Source of the DNA: Candidatus Bathyarchaeia archaeon
GTDB lineage: Archaea > Thermoproteota > Bathyarchaeia > TCS64
Length of the DNA stretch: 54,736 nt
Assembly: GCA_050014495.1 (NCBI GenBank)
Contig: JBEKDF010000018.1
Coordinates: 1 to 54,736 of the forward strand
Direction: 5' to 3'
The position numbers and the translations under genes were made by a program. Below, one piece after another: positions 20,779 through 31,880 of this stretch; within the stretch, counting starts at the first letter, position 1; every line of letters begins with the position of its first letter. The notes below the pieces were generated by a model, which saw only the letters and a program-made list of their open reading frames with translations, searched no databases and was not told where the DNA came from.

Positions 20779-21309
20779 TCATCTCGAAAACTCACTTACA
20801 GCCAAGACCTTCTCAGCGAGCCTAGAAGCCTCTCTAATGTAGTCCTCCTCCTTGAGGTCGGTCCAATCACGACCGGGTAGCACCCCCCTGAGGTATATGG
20901 TCTCAATGAAATTACATCCTCGCTCCATAGCTTTACGTCGCAGCTTTTCGAGGGCATTGGGATTTGTTTTGTTCGCCCCAACTAACCCCAATACGACTCG
21001 TTTACCCTTGAGATCGATCTTATCTAGAAACTCAATCATAGAAGAAGTGGGTTTTCCCTTCCAAACGGGCGTCAGCAATATAATAGGATCAAATCCATCA
21101 ATGAACGAGTAAGGATTTACAACAGCATCGACTTTTCGAGAAAAGCTTCTGAGATTGAGTCTACCCCTCCAACCTTTTGGTTCACCAAGTCTTCTACTTT
21201 CAGCCTTGATTTTCGGTAGGACGATCTCCACGATTTTAGCCGTTGTTCCTGTCTTACTGTAATAGACGATTAGGGGTCTTGAGATCATATTCAAGATCAG
21301 CAGACGCAC
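20779..21309 (-). CDS. flavodoxin-like protein
   Basis: 'VYYSKTGTT', 'LLTPVW'. Confidence 0.75.
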   Translation of the reverse strand: MRLLILNMISRPLIVYYSKTGTTAKIVEIVLPKIKAESRRLGEPKGWRGRLNLRSFSRKVDAVVNPYSFIDGFDPIILLTPVWKGKPTSSMIEFLDKIDLKGKRVVLGLVGANKTNPNALEKLRRKAMERGCNFIETIYLRGVLPGRDWTDLKEEDYIREASRLAEKVLAVSEFSR

Positions 21310-21493
21310 AATGGTAAAAATATGTTTACCCTAAATTCGCTTGAACTACATCGAGTGCGAACAAACTAAAGCAGAAACTAAGACAGAGTTTAATAAACAA
21401 TGATTAGAACGTTATGCACACTATACTTAAATATTAATTAATATCAGAAAAATTTGAAGGGAAGGACCTTCACAATTAAGGAGACTGAAATTA

Positions 21494-21691
21494 ATGGGAG
21501 TAAAGACAGGGGCTAGACCCCCTATCTATCTGAAACCCGATTACCCACAGGAACTACTTCAGCGCAGATACGCCGTCACAAGAGATGAGATGCTGTGGAG
21601 ACAATATGACACAAGCAAGACTCTCAGTGATCCTAATGCATTGAGGTATGCTCTCAACATACTTCGAGTGATCAGGGAAGCACCAGACTAG
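21494..21691 (+). CDS. small hypothetical protein
   Basis: 65-aa ORF with upstream GGGAG. Confidence 0.4.
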   Translation: MGVKTGARPPIYLKPDYPQELLQRRYAVTRDEMLWRQYDTSKTLSDPNALRYALNILRVIREAPD

Positions 21692-21927
21692 CCACTGCCT
21701 CCTTTACTTAGCGCGAGCATGCGCACTCAGTATCCCCCGATTTTGTTAAAGAGTTCTGCCGAGGGAATGATCCGACTTAATTGAGTTACGCGCATACGAA
21801 ACACACTATAAAACAAAATCAAATCTAGATTTTAGTAGAGTATGTATGTGTTTACATTATAAGCCGTCTCGACCCCTGGCTAAACGAAGAATAAGAATTC
21901 AAATTCTCATACTAACCATTAACATCT

Positions 21928-22710
21928 ATGACGAAATTCGATTTCACCGGCAAGGTTGCACTCGTCACAGGTTCAGGGAGAGGAATCGGGCTCGCGACGT
22001 CCAGAAAGCTTCTAGAATCTGGAGCACGGGTTATGCTAAACGAAATCAACCCTAAGAGACTCGACATGGCTATGGCTAGTCTAGGCCAATTGAGCAAAGG
22101 CGCGGTGGCTCACCGAGGGGACGTGACTAAGGGCAATGAGGTTGAGGAGATATTTGAGGATCTGATAAGTAAGTGGGGCCACATCGATATCCTCGTCAAC
22201 AACGCAGCTGACCGTCCAATCGCTAAGGTTGTAGACATGACGGAGGAGGTCTGGGACCGAAACCTCAACAGCATCCTCAAGGGTGCTTTCCTCTGTAGCA
22301 AAGCTGCATCACGCAGGATGATCAGCCGTGGAGTCGGGGGAAAGATCGTTAACGTCTCATCGGGCAGCTACAAGGTCGCCCGAGTTGGGGCCTCGGCTTA
22401 CTGTGCGGCAAAGGCGGGCCTCGTGATGTTCACAGCTTGCCTCGCCCAGGAGCTCGGACCTAACAAGATCAATGTGAACTCTGTGGCACCTGGTCTAATT
22501 GAAGTAGGGGACGAGTCGACTCCAGAGAAGCTTTCCTACGATAAAGCAACAGTGCAGGCGACACCATGGGCAGGAATAGGTGCGCCAGAGGATATCGCGA
22601 ACGCAATACTCATGCTCTGTAGCCCCGAAGCAGAGTTCATAACCGGAACGGTTCTGAGCGTGGATGGAGGATTGAGTGTGGGACGATATGGAATCCCTGT
22701 GAGTCCCTAG
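21928..22710 (+). CDS. short-chain dehydrogenase/reductase (SDR)
   Basis: 'TGSGRGIG', 'NNA', YxxxK 'YCAAK', 'VNSVAPG', 'VDGG'. Confidence 0.95.
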   Translation: MTKFDFTGKVALVTGSGRGIGLATSRKLLESGARVMLNEINPKRLDMAMASLGQLSKGAVAHRGDVTKGNEVEEIFEDLISKWGHIDILVNNAADRPIAKVVDMTEEVWDRNLNSILKGAFLCSKAASRRMISRGVGGKIVNVSSGSYKVARVGASAYCAAKAGLVMFTACLAQELGPNKINVNSVAPGLIEVGDESTPEKLSYDKATVQATPWAGIGAPEDIANAILMLCSPEAEFITGTVLSVDGGLSVGRYGIPVSP

Positions 22711-22921
22711 TCAAAGTTAATGCTGGAAAAGTTACATCCAACATTTCTAGCACACATCTCGACAGCCATCTGCATACTCAACTGCTAAAAATTAGCAATG
22801 CGCGCGCTAAGCGGTACTTATTGATCTTAAATGTGATAAGTTTATGATTCCCATCTATATTTTATGGGTTAAACTTTTAACTCTCTGAAATCTGGATAAC
22901 CTGCATGAGCGAGATCTTTTA

Positions 22922-23434
22922 ATGATTCAAATTCGACCCGAAAATCCTGATGATATAGAAGCCATACGTCAGGTGCATCTGTCAGCATTCCCGAGGCCCA
23001 ACGAAGCAAAATTAGTTGACCTCCTACGACAAGCTGGCAAAGCATCTGTCTCTTTAGTAGCACTAGAAGAAGGAAGGGTCATCGGCCATGTACTATTCTC
23101 ACCAATTGATCTTGTCCCAAACTCGATGAACTTGCATGGTCTCGGAATGGGGCCAGTCGGAGTCCTCCCTAAATTTCAGAGGCAGGGTATTGGCTCGAGA
23201 CTAATAATCGAAGGCCTAGAGATTTGTCGGCGGAAAGGCTTTGACTTCATAGTAGAACTAGGCGAACCTAAATATTACTCTCGATTCGGGTTCCTACGGG
23301 CAAGCGACTACAATTTAAAGAATGAATATGATGCTGATGATGCATTCAGGGTGATTGAAATGCATATAGGAATCTTGCAAAAAATCAGTGGTTTAGTTAA
23401 ATATCAACCCGAATTCTCAGAGACGGACTGTTGA
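22922..23434 (+). CDS. GNAT N-acetyltransferase (YhbS-like)
   Basis: 'IRPE', 'EAKLVD.LR', 'QRQGIGSRLI', 'LGEPKYYSRFGF'. Confidence 0.9.
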   Translation: MIQIRPENPDDIEAIRQVHLSAFPRPNEAKLVDLLRQAGKASVSLVALEEGRVIGHVLFSPIDLVPNSMNLHGLGMGPVGVLPKFQRQGIGSRLIIEGLEICRRKGFDFIVELGEPKYYSRFGFLRASDYNLKNEYDADDAFRVIEMHIGILQKISGLVKYQPEFSETDC

Positions 23435-23540
23435 AAGAAAATTTCAGTCTCACAGACTACTAGACCGCACTACACAAGTACTTCTCAACTAATGCTGCAA
23501 TTAGAGAAAACAAGCAGCACGATGCGCAGAATGAGGATTC

Positions 23541-23729
23541 TTACTTCATAAAAGCGCCGTCAAGCATGACGGCTTCTAGGCTTTGTCTTATTGATGAAAT
23601 ATCTTCTAAGGGGTTTTTCCCAAGCACAAGTAAATCGGCATGTTTTCAGGGCTCCAGGGTACCTATCATTTTGTCGGCTCCAACATTCTTAGCGGCGTTT
23701 ATGGTACCCGCAGCTAATGCTTGCGCGCG
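23541..23729 (-). pseudogene. C-terminal remnant of an amidohydrolase gene
   Basis: Reverse strand reads QALAAGTINAAKNVGADKMIGTLEP*KHADLLVLGKNPLEDISSIRQSLEAVMLDGAFMK; internal TGA at the conserved Gly; 5' end cut at GCGCGCGC. Confidence 0.8.
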
Positions 23730-23733
23730 CGAC

Positions 23734-25215
23734 TCAAATTAATTCACCCTCCCAGCTTTTCAGTGATGGCGGGGAGATCTCGTCGGCACTTTTCTTGAAG
23801 GGGTGGTTATCGGGTAACCTTCTATAGATGTATTCGCTTACTCTTTGTACATCTTTAGCGAGTCTCCGCTCATCATCCTTAACCAACTTCCCATTCTCCA
23901 CGAGCACCTCGCCGTCGACCATCACGATTCTGACATCGCTGCGTTGTGTAGAGTTGACTATGTTTCTTATCGGATCTCGACATGGTACATTGTTTATTGT
24001 TGTCATATCTACAACGGTAATGTCAGCAAGGGCACCCTTAGCGAGTCTGCCAATATCTATTTTTCCGAGAGCCTTAGCCCCCCTGATGGTTGCGCTATCG
24101 AATATCTCGCGACTCGTTCCAGACGAGTAGTCCCAGTCAGCCAATTTACTTACATAGCTCGCAATCCTCATCTCGTTTAGCATATCCTGCGGAGCCGTGT
24201 CTGTGCCGATACTGACGTTAACTCCCTCTCGGAGGAAGGCACTGTGGCTGTGGAGCCGATTCCCTCTCTTTACAAAGACGACGGGGTCATGACTTACGGT
24301 AGCTCCACTGGCAGCTAGTTTAGGAAGGTCGCCACCATCCCTGGCTGGGTAGCCAAGTAGTGGATGCCCAGCGATCGCCCATCCATGACCGATTATCAGG
24401 CGTTTAGAGAGGAGCCCAGATTCCTCAATCACCTCGACGGGGGTCTTACCATACATTCTAATCATATTTTGGAACTCTAGAACCCACTCACCCGCATGCA
24501 TCGAAACGGGACAATTCAACTTACCCGCAGCTTCCTTAATCTTCGCCATAAGCCCGAGACTAGTGTTAAGGGGGCTCCCCGCATAGATCGCGCCCTTAAT
24601 TCGTCCTCCATACGCGCCATCAAATCTTTCGACGAATGAAATGGCTTTAGCAAGTCTCTCAACCCCCACCTCTGGCTTCAGCCACCTTGTTTTGAAGTCG
24701 AAACGATCGACCCGCTCAATTTCACCATCCCCTATTACGTGGCCTTCATATCCCCTGATCCCGACGTCACCCATTATCTTAAGAGTCAATTCTTCACCGA
24801 GGTTAGGTATCATACCGATCTCTACGACCGTTGTGTTCCCGCTGAGAAGACACTCATTGAGACTATAATGCGCGTAGACCTCAAGGTCCTCCTTTGTGGC
24901 GCTCGCGTTGAGCACTGTGAGGTTTTCGCCAAGATTGCTGCCGTAGAGTTGACGTATTCCAATGTCTTCTAGGAAACTTTTGTCCCTAGGAGCAGTCGAT
25001 GCGTGGAGATGTGTGTTGATAAGTCCGGGCATGATTAGGCAGCCGTCAGCATCAATCCACCGGTAAACTGGACCATCGTAGCTCTTACCCACATGCTTTA
25101 TTCTCTTTCCTTCTATGATGACGACACCATCTCGGATTAATCGGTGCTCGGATCCATCGAACCCTACAACATAGCTGCCTCGTAAGCCAACAGACAAACA
25201 GACCACCGACGTCAC
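23734..25215 (-). CDS. amidohydrolase (TRZ/ATZ chlorohydrolase/deaminase family)
   Basis: 'MPGLINTHLH', 'HAGE', 'GH', 'IGTD', 'G.L..GALADI'. Confidence 0.9.
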   Translation of the reverse strand: MTSVVCLSVGLRGSYVVGFDGSEHRLIRDGVVIIEGKRIKHVGKSYDGPVYRWIDADGCLIMPGLINTHLHASTAPRDKSFLEDIGIRQLYGSNLGENLTVLNASATKEDLEVYAHYSLNECLLSGNTTVVEIGMIPNLGEELTLKIMGDVGIRGYEGHVIGDGEIERVDRFDFKTRWLKPEVGVERLAKAISFVERFDGAYGGRIKGAIYAGSPLNTSLGLMAKIKEAAGKLNCPVSMHAGEWVLEFQNMIRMYGKTPVEVIEESGLLSKRLIIGHGWAIAGHPLLGYPARDGGDLPKLAASGATVSHDPVVFVKRGNRLHSHSAFLREGVNVSIGTDTAPQDMLNEMRIASYVSKLADWDYSSGTSREIFDSATIRGAKALGKIDIGRLAKGALADITVVDMTTINNVPCRDPIRNIVNSTQRSDVRIVMVDGEVLVENGKLVKDDERRLAKDVQRVSEYIYRRLPDNHPFKKSADEISPPSLKSWEGELI

Positions 25216-25362
25216 TTACCCATGCAGGCTTTTACAATTTACTCCATTGATCTTCGAAGGTTACAATTACCGCGTGCAGCGCGCGTCTTGGACTTCAGCT
25301 AAAAAGATTCAAGTCTAAAAGCTCTACATAAAAAAGGGAAACAAAAATAGCCAAATTAAGTG

Positions 25363-26301
25363 CTATATTAAACCGAGATTCATTGAGCTGATAATCAAGA
25401 CAATCTGAGCAATTAGAAGATAGATTGTTACTAATTTTCTGGTTCTCAGGACAGTTAATGTGGTGTAGTTCGTATTCATAGTTGGAAATATCACCCACCT
25501 GAGCAGAACCAAACTGCTAACAACTAAAAAAATAGGCAACAGCACACTCAAACCAAGACGGGAGTAAGTGAGTGGCAGCACAGTCATCATTAACAGGACA
25601 CCTATGCCCATGAGCTGGACTTTGCGCCTCCAGCTCAGTACTCTCGCAAGGGTCTTAACCTTGAATAATTCGTCCTCCTTCTGATCCAGTGTGTCAGCGA
25701 ACGCTGGAAGGCCCAAGAATGTAAAAAGCCAGAAAATCAACCCCGCGAAAACTACAGTTATGTTTAGAGTGTTTGTGATAGCGTAACTACCAATCAACGC
25801 ATTGAATATTTGACCAGAAGAGGTCGTAATTTCCTTGACTAGAAATTTTTTTTTGAGTCTTATAGGGGGGTAACTATATAGGAAGAATAGAATCCACCAA
25901 CTCAAACTGATCAGAAATGTGTTTAGGTTGATCAGGTATGCAAGTCCGAGGCCCAGTAATCCCGTTAGACAAATGAAGATGTACGCTAGTGAAGTGGAAA
26001 CGCTTCCATTTACTAATGGTCGGCTTATCTTTGTTACGTTCAATTTATCCATATCAGCGTCGACAACGTCATTATATATGTAAACAGAAGCTGTGACCAA
26101 TATAGTTGAAGTAAGGGTCATTAACATGATATTGAGTGGGGGAAATCCCCTACCAGCAACCATACATGCAATCGCTGCACTCCAAGTCCACAGGAAGATA
26201 GGTTCAATTCTTGAACGGAACAACAAAGGAAAACTTTTGATAAAGGAAAGGACATTACGTCCATAATCCTTATATCCGCTCATGGAGCTCCAAATTAACA
26301 A
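25363..26301 (-). CDS. UbiA-family prenyltransferase
   Basis: 'YIYNDVVDADMD...RPLV.G', 'YSYPP', second acidic motif 'DTLDQKED'; multiple TM segments. Confidence 0.9.
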   Translation of the reverse strand: MLIWSSMSGYKDYGRNVLSFIKSFPLLFRSRIEPIFLWTWSAAIACMVAGRGFPPLNIMLMTLTSTILVTASVYIYNDVVDADMDKLNVTKISRPLVNGSVSTSLAYIFICLTGLLGLGLAYLINLNTFLISLSWWILFFLYSYPPIRLKKKFLVKEITTSSGQIFNALIGSYAITNTLNITVVFAGLIFWLFTFLGLPAFADTLDQKEDELFKVKTLARVLSWRRKVQLMGIGVLLMMTVLPLTYSRLGLSVLLPIFLVVSSLVLLRWVIFPTMNTNYTTLTVLRTRKLVTIYLLIAQIVLIISSMNLGLI

Positions 26302-26375
26302 ACCGCGCTAAATAAGTATTTAAAGTATGTTATTAATATTAGCAATAATTCGTTAATATTTAAAGGAAAATTCAA

Positions 26376-28265
26376 TCATTTTCTTAATTTCGTTGACGAG
26401 GAAAAGGCTACTTCACTGCGCGGGACTTTATTTAAGAAGACACTGAAAGTAGTGCCTACACCTACCTCAGATTTCACAGATATAGTACCCCCATGCGCAT
26501 CTACAGTCTTCTTACAGAAGCTCAGGCCCAAACCTGTCCCATTTTCCTTAGTAGTCATGAATGGTTTGAAGAGATTACGCATCACGTTGTCAGGTATACC
26601 TGTGCCCTCGTCGGTGAAATCTATTGTGACATCCTCTCTTTTCTCCTTAATTGATATAGATATTTCTCCCCCATTAGGCATGGCTTCATAAGCATTCCTA
26701 AGAAGGTTCTCAAAAACCCTCTTCATTTTTCCTCGATCAACATTTACTACTGCTGTGCTATCTAGGTTTGTATTAAGTCTAATTTTTGGTGGTACAAGGT
26801 TCTCACATTGAACCTCATGGATTAATTCGGCTATTTCAACATCCTCTTTTTCTAGTACGAATTCTTTAGTTCTATCTCTAAGCTCGTCGAGAAGTTTAAT
26901 AGAAGTATTCACCGAATTGTCAATTATCTTCAACATATTATCTGTCTGCTCGGGTCGGATCTGCATAAGGTATACTGCATTCCTGATTGTATTGAATGGC
27001 CCCCTAAGATCGTGCCCAAGGGAGGATGCTATCGTGCCAGTCACAATTAGCTGTTCTGACGCTAGTAACTTCTGACTCTTCTCGTCAGCGAGCTGCTCCA
27101 GTTGCTTTGAGTACACACGTAGGTCTTCCTCAAGCGTCTTCCTTTCTGTAATATCCCTGACAATACATAGGATCTCTTTTCCGCTTGCCCCAAGGTTCAC
27201 CATCTTCGCGTGTCCTTCAGCCCAACCCTTACTCCCATTTTTCCGTTGCCATCTGAACTCGAGGGGAGTCTCCAGTGAGCCATCACCCATTAGAAACTCA
27301 GCAAACATCTTTGTATATTTCGGGATATCAACGATCCGAAGCGTCTTTAACTTTAAGAAGGAGATGCCAGTTACCTCTTCCTCCTCAAACCCACTGAGTT
27401 TCAGAAAGGAAGGGTTAACATATTTTACCTTGCCCCTCATATCCATCGTTACGATGCCATCGGGGGCCAAGTTCATTAGCGAACGGAACCTCTCTTCGGA
27501 TTTCTCGAGGCTATTCTCAATCTGCTTTCTCTCTGTTACGTCTCTTGTAAATGTGAGTAGAGCCTTTTGACCATTATGATTGATGAGTGAAGAAGAGGTC
27601 TCTATAGTAATAATAGACCCATTCTTTTTCCTGACATTAAATTCGAATATTGGGGGAAGATCACTCTTAAATCTATTAATTACTCTTTCATTCATACTCT
27701 TTCTATTATCAATCGGGACAAGTTCAAGTATATTCTTCCCAATCAATTCTTTTGAACTATCATAACCTATTATTTTTGACAAAGCATTATTTGCATATAT
27801 AATTTTGGAATCAACTACTATTGATACTCCATCTTTTGCTTCTTCAATAACTTTTAAATAAAGCTGTTCAGCATTCCTCCTTTCAACAATATTTCTAATA
27901 CGCTTCGCTAGAAGCTGATAGTGACCGATATTAATTTCCTTCCGTATGTAATCGTCAATACCTACTAAGAATGCATTTTCAGCAACTTCCTCTCCTCCTT
28001 GTCCCGTATAGAGAATGATCGGTATTTTACTACTTTTACGTATCTCTTTCGCGAAATCGAGTCCATTCATTCCCTCCATCTTGAAATCGGTTACGACGCA
28101 ATCGAAATCAGATTTTTTTAATAGCTCAAAAGCTTCCCTTGGAGATAAAACTAGAGTGAAGTTGATTGCGGGATCGATCTCCTTCAATAATGTTGTTACT
28201 GTTTTAAACTGGTATTCTTCGTCATCGACATGAAGAACCCTAATAGTCAAAAGGGGATCGTCCAT
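26376..28265 (-). CDS. hybrid sensor histidine kinase (REC-PAS-PAS-HisKA-HATPase)
   Basis: 'LHVDDE...DCVVTDFKM'; two PAS domains; H-box 'GHDLRGP'; N box 'NLLRNA', 'DEGTGI', 'GTGLGL'. Confidence 0.92.
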   Translation of the reverse strand: MDDPLLTIRVLHVDDEEYQFKTVTTLLKEIDPAINFTLVLSPREAFELLKKSDFDCVVTDFKMEGMNGLDFAKEIRKSSKIPIILYTGQGGEEVAENAFLVGIDDYIRKEINIGHYQLLAKRIRNIVERRNAEQLYLKVIEEAKDGVSIVVDSKIIYANNALSKIIGYDSSKELIGKNILELVPIDNRKSMNERVINRFKSDLPPIFEFNVRKKNGSIITIETSSSLINHNGQKALLTFTRDVTERKQIENSLEKSEERFRSLMNLAPDGIVTMDMRGKVKYVNPSFLKLSGFEEEEVTGISFLKLKTLRIVDIPKYTKMFAEFLMGDGSLETPLEFRWQRKNGSKGWAEGHAKMVNLGASGKEILCIVRDITERKTLEEDLRVYSKQLEQLADEKSQKLLASEQLIVTGTIASSLGHDLRGPFNTIRNAVYLMQIRPEQTDNMLKIIDNSVNTSIKLLDELRDRTKEFVLEKEDVEIAELIHEVQCENLVPPKIRLNTNLDSTAVVNVDRGKMKRVFENLLRNAYEAMPNGGEISISIKEKREDVTIDFTDEGTGIPDNVMRNLFKPFMTTKENGTGLGLSFCKKTVDAHGGTISVKSEVGVGTTFSVFLNKVPRSEVAFSSSTKLRK

Positions 28266-28395
28266 TTGCTTTACCTTTAATCCATTTACGTTAGTTTTTT
28301 TGTTTTAAGGGGTTTGTCGAGGTATAATATGTATTAAGAATCTATACCCTCAATTTTTCAGAAAAATTTTCAACCCTGAAAAACATAACTATTAT

Positions 28396-30291
28396 TCAGT
28401 GAGCAAACGGAATCGAAGTAAGAGCGACTTCCTCATTACGTGAAGCAATAAGTGGTAAATAGACAGAGATTGTTGTTCCTTTACCAAAGCTTGACCTAAC
28501 CTCTAATTTCCCCCTATGAGATTCTACTATACGTTTGGAATAGCTTAAACCAAGCCCCGTATGACCCGGTTTTGTGGTATAGAATGGCTTAAAAAGGTTC
28601 GCTATAACTTCATCATTCATTCCTGAACCATTATCTGTTATGGAGATCTTTAACATCCCATCTGTAATTTTGGTAGAAATCAAGATCTCACCTTTCTCAT
28701 TCATTGCATCCAAGGAGTTCTCGATAATATTCTGAATAACTCTGCTCATTTGATGAATGTCAAATTCTGCCTTCACATTTTCAATTTCAAAAATTAAATT
28801 AACCTTTGGTGGAATAGGTGTCTTGTCTATAACCTCGTTGATTAGATGTTGAATCTCTTTTTCCTCTATCTGCAGAGGAACATACCTAGTTTTGGTCCTC
28901 AATTCGTCAAGTATCTGGATCGATGCATTGATGGCCTCGTTTATCCTTTGCATCAAATTTTCTTTATTCTCAGAATTGTTTTGTATATCCTTGACTGCGT
29001 TTTTAATAGTTGCTAAGGGATCCCGAAGGTTTTGAGCTATTAAATTAGTCAATTTGCCTGCAGCTATCATTTTTTCAGAGTCAATGAGATTAGAAGTCTT
29101 TTGTTGGACAAGGTGTTCGAGTTCCTTAGAATAGATCTCCAATTCTTCTTTGATTTTGTTTCTCCTCGTCACATCTCGAGTGAAAACTAGAACTTCCTGA
29201 CTCTCATTTCCTAACTTTACTAGGCTGAGGTGAGCCTCCCCAAAACCTATTTTGCCATCTCTTCTCTTCCATTGGAATTCGAATGGTGGCACAGATTGCC
29301 CATTAGCAAGATCCTGGAAGATTCTAACGGTTACATAGTTTTGTGATGCCTTCATAGAACCGAACGATAGAAACGATTTACCAATTATCTCATCTTCAGG
29401 AAATCCAAGGATCTTTGTAAAAGAGGGATTAATCCAGGTAACCTCTCCAGTTAGATTCGTTATGGCTATACCATCTGGAGCTAGGTTAACCATATTACGG
29501 AACCTCTCCTCAGATTTTTTAATTTCATCTTCTAGTTTCTTACGCCCTGAGACATCGCGGACGAAGTTTAGAATTGCCTTATGTCCTCGGAAATTTATCA
29601 TAGAAACAGAGATTTCCGAAGAAATCTTATTCCCATCGCGTTTTTTTATAATCGTTTGATAGTACTGAGATATTTCTCCAGAGGTTTGAATATTCATAAT
29701 GCTATCTTTAATATGTTCTCTTTCTTGAGGGAGAATATATTCAAAGAAATTTTTACCAATTACATCACCTAATTTTTTTTCTCCAAGCAGCTCAACTAAG
29801 GCATTATTCGAATAAACTATCTTATCTAGGATAATAATGCCTATTGCTTCTCTGGCATCCTCAACCACGTTTATATATAAGTTATCTATCCGACTTTTCT
29901 CAACCAAATCTCTGATCCTTTTTGCTAGGATGTGGTAGTGATGAGGATCAATCTCCTTCTTAATATAATCATTTACACCCGCCAAGAAGGCGGCTTCCGC
30001 CACCTCCTCACTTCCCTGCCCGGTGTAAAGTATGATTGGTAGATTTTTCTTAGCCCTGACCTTCTTCGAGAATTCTATTCCATTAATATACGGCATCTTA
30101 AAGTCTGTGACCAAGCAGTCAAAGTACTCGTTTTCCAGTAGTTTTAAAGCTTCAATAGGAGAATTCATCGACCTCACGTCAATCAAAGGATCATATTCCT
30201 TAATCATTTCCCTAACGGCTTCCAGCTGTGACTCCTCATCATCTACATGAAGTAACTTTATCCTGCTAGGAGTACCCGCTGGCTCGCTCAT
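28396..30291 (-). CDS. hybrid sensor kinase paralog (REC-PAS-PAS-HisKA-HATPase) lacking the phosphoacceptor His
   Basis: Same architecture as its neighbour, but the H-box reads 'AQNLRDP'. Confidence 0.88.
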   Translation of the reverse strand: MSEPAGTPSRIKLLHVDDEESQLEAVREMIKEYDPLIDVRSMNSPIEALKLLENEYFDCLVTDFKMPYINGIEFSKKVRAKKNLPIILYTGQGSEEVAEAAFLAGVNDYIKKEIDPHHYHILAKRIRDLVEKSRIDNLYINVVEDAREAIGIIILDKIVYSNNALVELLGEKKLGDVIGKNFFEYILPQEREHIKDSIMNIQTSGEISQYYQTIIKKRDGNKISSEISVSMINFRGHKAILNFVRDVSGRKKLEDEIKKSEERFRNMVNLAPDGIAITNLTGEVTWINPSFTKILGFPEDEIIGKSFLSFGSMKASQNYVTVRIFQDLANGQSVPPFEFQWKRRDGKIGFGEAHLSLVKLGNESQEVLVFTRDVTRRNKIKEELEIYSKELEHLVQQKTSNLIDSEKMIAAGKLTNLIAQNLRDPLATIKNAVKDIQNNSENKENLMQRINEAINASIQILDELRTKTRYVPLQIEEKEIQHLINEVIDKTPIPPKVNLIFEIENVKAEFDIHQMSRVIQNIIENSLDAMNEKGEILISTKITDGMLKISITDNGSGMNDEVIANLFKPFYTTKPGHTGLGLSYSKRIVESHRGKLEVRSSFGKGTTISVYLPLIASRNEEVALTSIPFAH

Positions 30292-30425
30292 TTGAGTCTG
30301 AGGATGAGTGCTAAACTGGTAATAAGGACTTTATTGAGAATTAATATAGATTAGTAAACCTTCAACTCACATAGTAAAGTAGATGTGGATCGTCTCACGT
30401 GCTTGTCGATTATAGCTGCGTGCCT

Positions 30426-31403
30426 TTAAGCGCGCGACTCAAGGAGCTTACGCCATTTTTCTTCTGATTCCTTCGTGCGCTTGAGAAGCTCAATGCGGGT
30501 CATCGCTGATGAAATATGCTCAGAGAGGATCTCAACGATCCTCTTATCTTCGTTTGTGAAACCGTTCTCTTTCTCAACATGTAGATTTATTACAGCAACC
30601 ACTATCCCATCGATTTTCACAGGCACATCTAGCTCAGAGAGAAGTTCCTGCCCCTGAATTTCAACAAAGTCTGGGTCAAGGCGAGTGTTACTGATGAGCT
30701 GTGTTTCACCGGTCCTCACAGCTCTAACTGTTATCCCCCTCCCACTCAATGATAGACTGGGTATGATCTCAAGAGGGACATCCCGGGAGAATACGAACCT
30801 GATAACGTCACCATCAACGACCCCTATCGTACCCTTAATCAATCCAAGTAGTTCCTCTATTATGTCGAATGAATATTCAGCAACATTTTCAATTGAGTAT
30901 AATCGAGAGAGGTTCACGGCGTGCCTATGCAATGCTTCGAGCTTATCCCGTGCAGTATCCTCCTTCTCCTTCTGCTCGGTGAGATCTCTGCTAAAAGTTA
31001 GCACGGCTTCTTCACCCTTGAATTTAAGAAGCTTCGCTCTGACTTCAACAGGAATAAGCTCTCCAGAATCAGTAATGCTAACCGACTCAAATGACAGCTT
31101 ACCGTCTCTCTTAATCAGCTCAATATACTCGGGCATGGAACCAACGAGTGCGAGAGCCACTAATTCCTCCCGCTCCTTATTAACAAGTTCACCTCGAGTG
31201 TAGCCAAGCCTTCGACACGCCGTCTCATTAACTTCAATTAGCTTACCATCAAGCGTGTGAACGAAGATTGCATCAAAGGCATTATCTAAAATCTCTCGTT
31301 CAAACTGATACGAAGAGTAGTCGGAATTGTCAGGAAGGAGAGGCTTTGTCTCACTAAAATTATTGACTATCTTCTTCTTTGAGTCAGCTTCACCCAATCC
31401 CAA
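30426..31403 (-). CDS. PAS-GAF sensor protein, probably a C-terminally truncated kinase
   Basis: PAS ('DAIFVH...EVN..AC..LGY'), GAF ('SELDVP...F..ED'); ends at the inter-domain linker 'SEEKWRKLLES' on a GCGCGCG tract. Confidence 0.75.
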   Translation of the reverse strand: MGLGEADSKKKIVNNFSETKPLLPDNSDYSSYQFEREILDNAFDAIFVHTLDGKLIEVNETACRRLGYTRGELVNKEREELVALALVGSMPEYIELIKRDGKLSFESVSITDSGELIPVEVRAKLLKFKGEEAVLTFSRDLTEQKEKEDTARDKLEALHRHAVNLSRLYSIENVAEYSFDIIEELLGLIKGTIGVVDGDVIRFVFSRDVPLEIIPSLSLSGRGITVRAVRTGETQLISNTRLDPDFVEIQGQELLSELDVPVKIDGIVVAVINLHVEKENGFTNEDKRIVEILSEHISSAMTRIELLKRTKESEEKWRKLLESRA

Positions 31404-31751
31404 TCAAACACAAAAACATGGCTTGAGCATATATTGTAAATGGATCATAAAGACATATCACTGATACAAAGCGAATACAAGCAATCACTAATTATCAAGT
31501 ATACCTTTAATAACTAAAGAAACCTCTGATACCCAGTAATAATAGAGATTAGCAAATCTATCATGATTCTATTTAAAGCCAAGCAATCCAAAGTTCAAAA
31601 CAAGGTAGAAAAAACCAGAAGCCACGATTACGATTGCAAGTATTAAAACCTCGATCTCTTCTCTATTCAGACCCTTACGCATGTCTTGTATCATTATTAA
31701 CGCAGATCCTTTGCACTGAAACAACAGACAGGAACCTCAAGAATAAGCAAA

Positions 31752-31783
31752 TGTGTGTCAATCAAAGATACACACTTTTATAT
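31752..31783. promoter_or_regulatory. imperfect palindromic operator plus TATA box upstream of the trmB-like gene
   Basis: GTGTGTC-N7-GATACAC followed by TTTTATAT; a similar element lies at 33371-33404. Confidence 0.5.
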
Positions 31784-31880
31784 GAGGATTAAATTACACG
31801 CACCAAAACCATAGCTTTTTTTTGTAACGATAAAATTTAATGGATTTAAAATATAGATCTATTCTCCGCAACGGTCTTTT

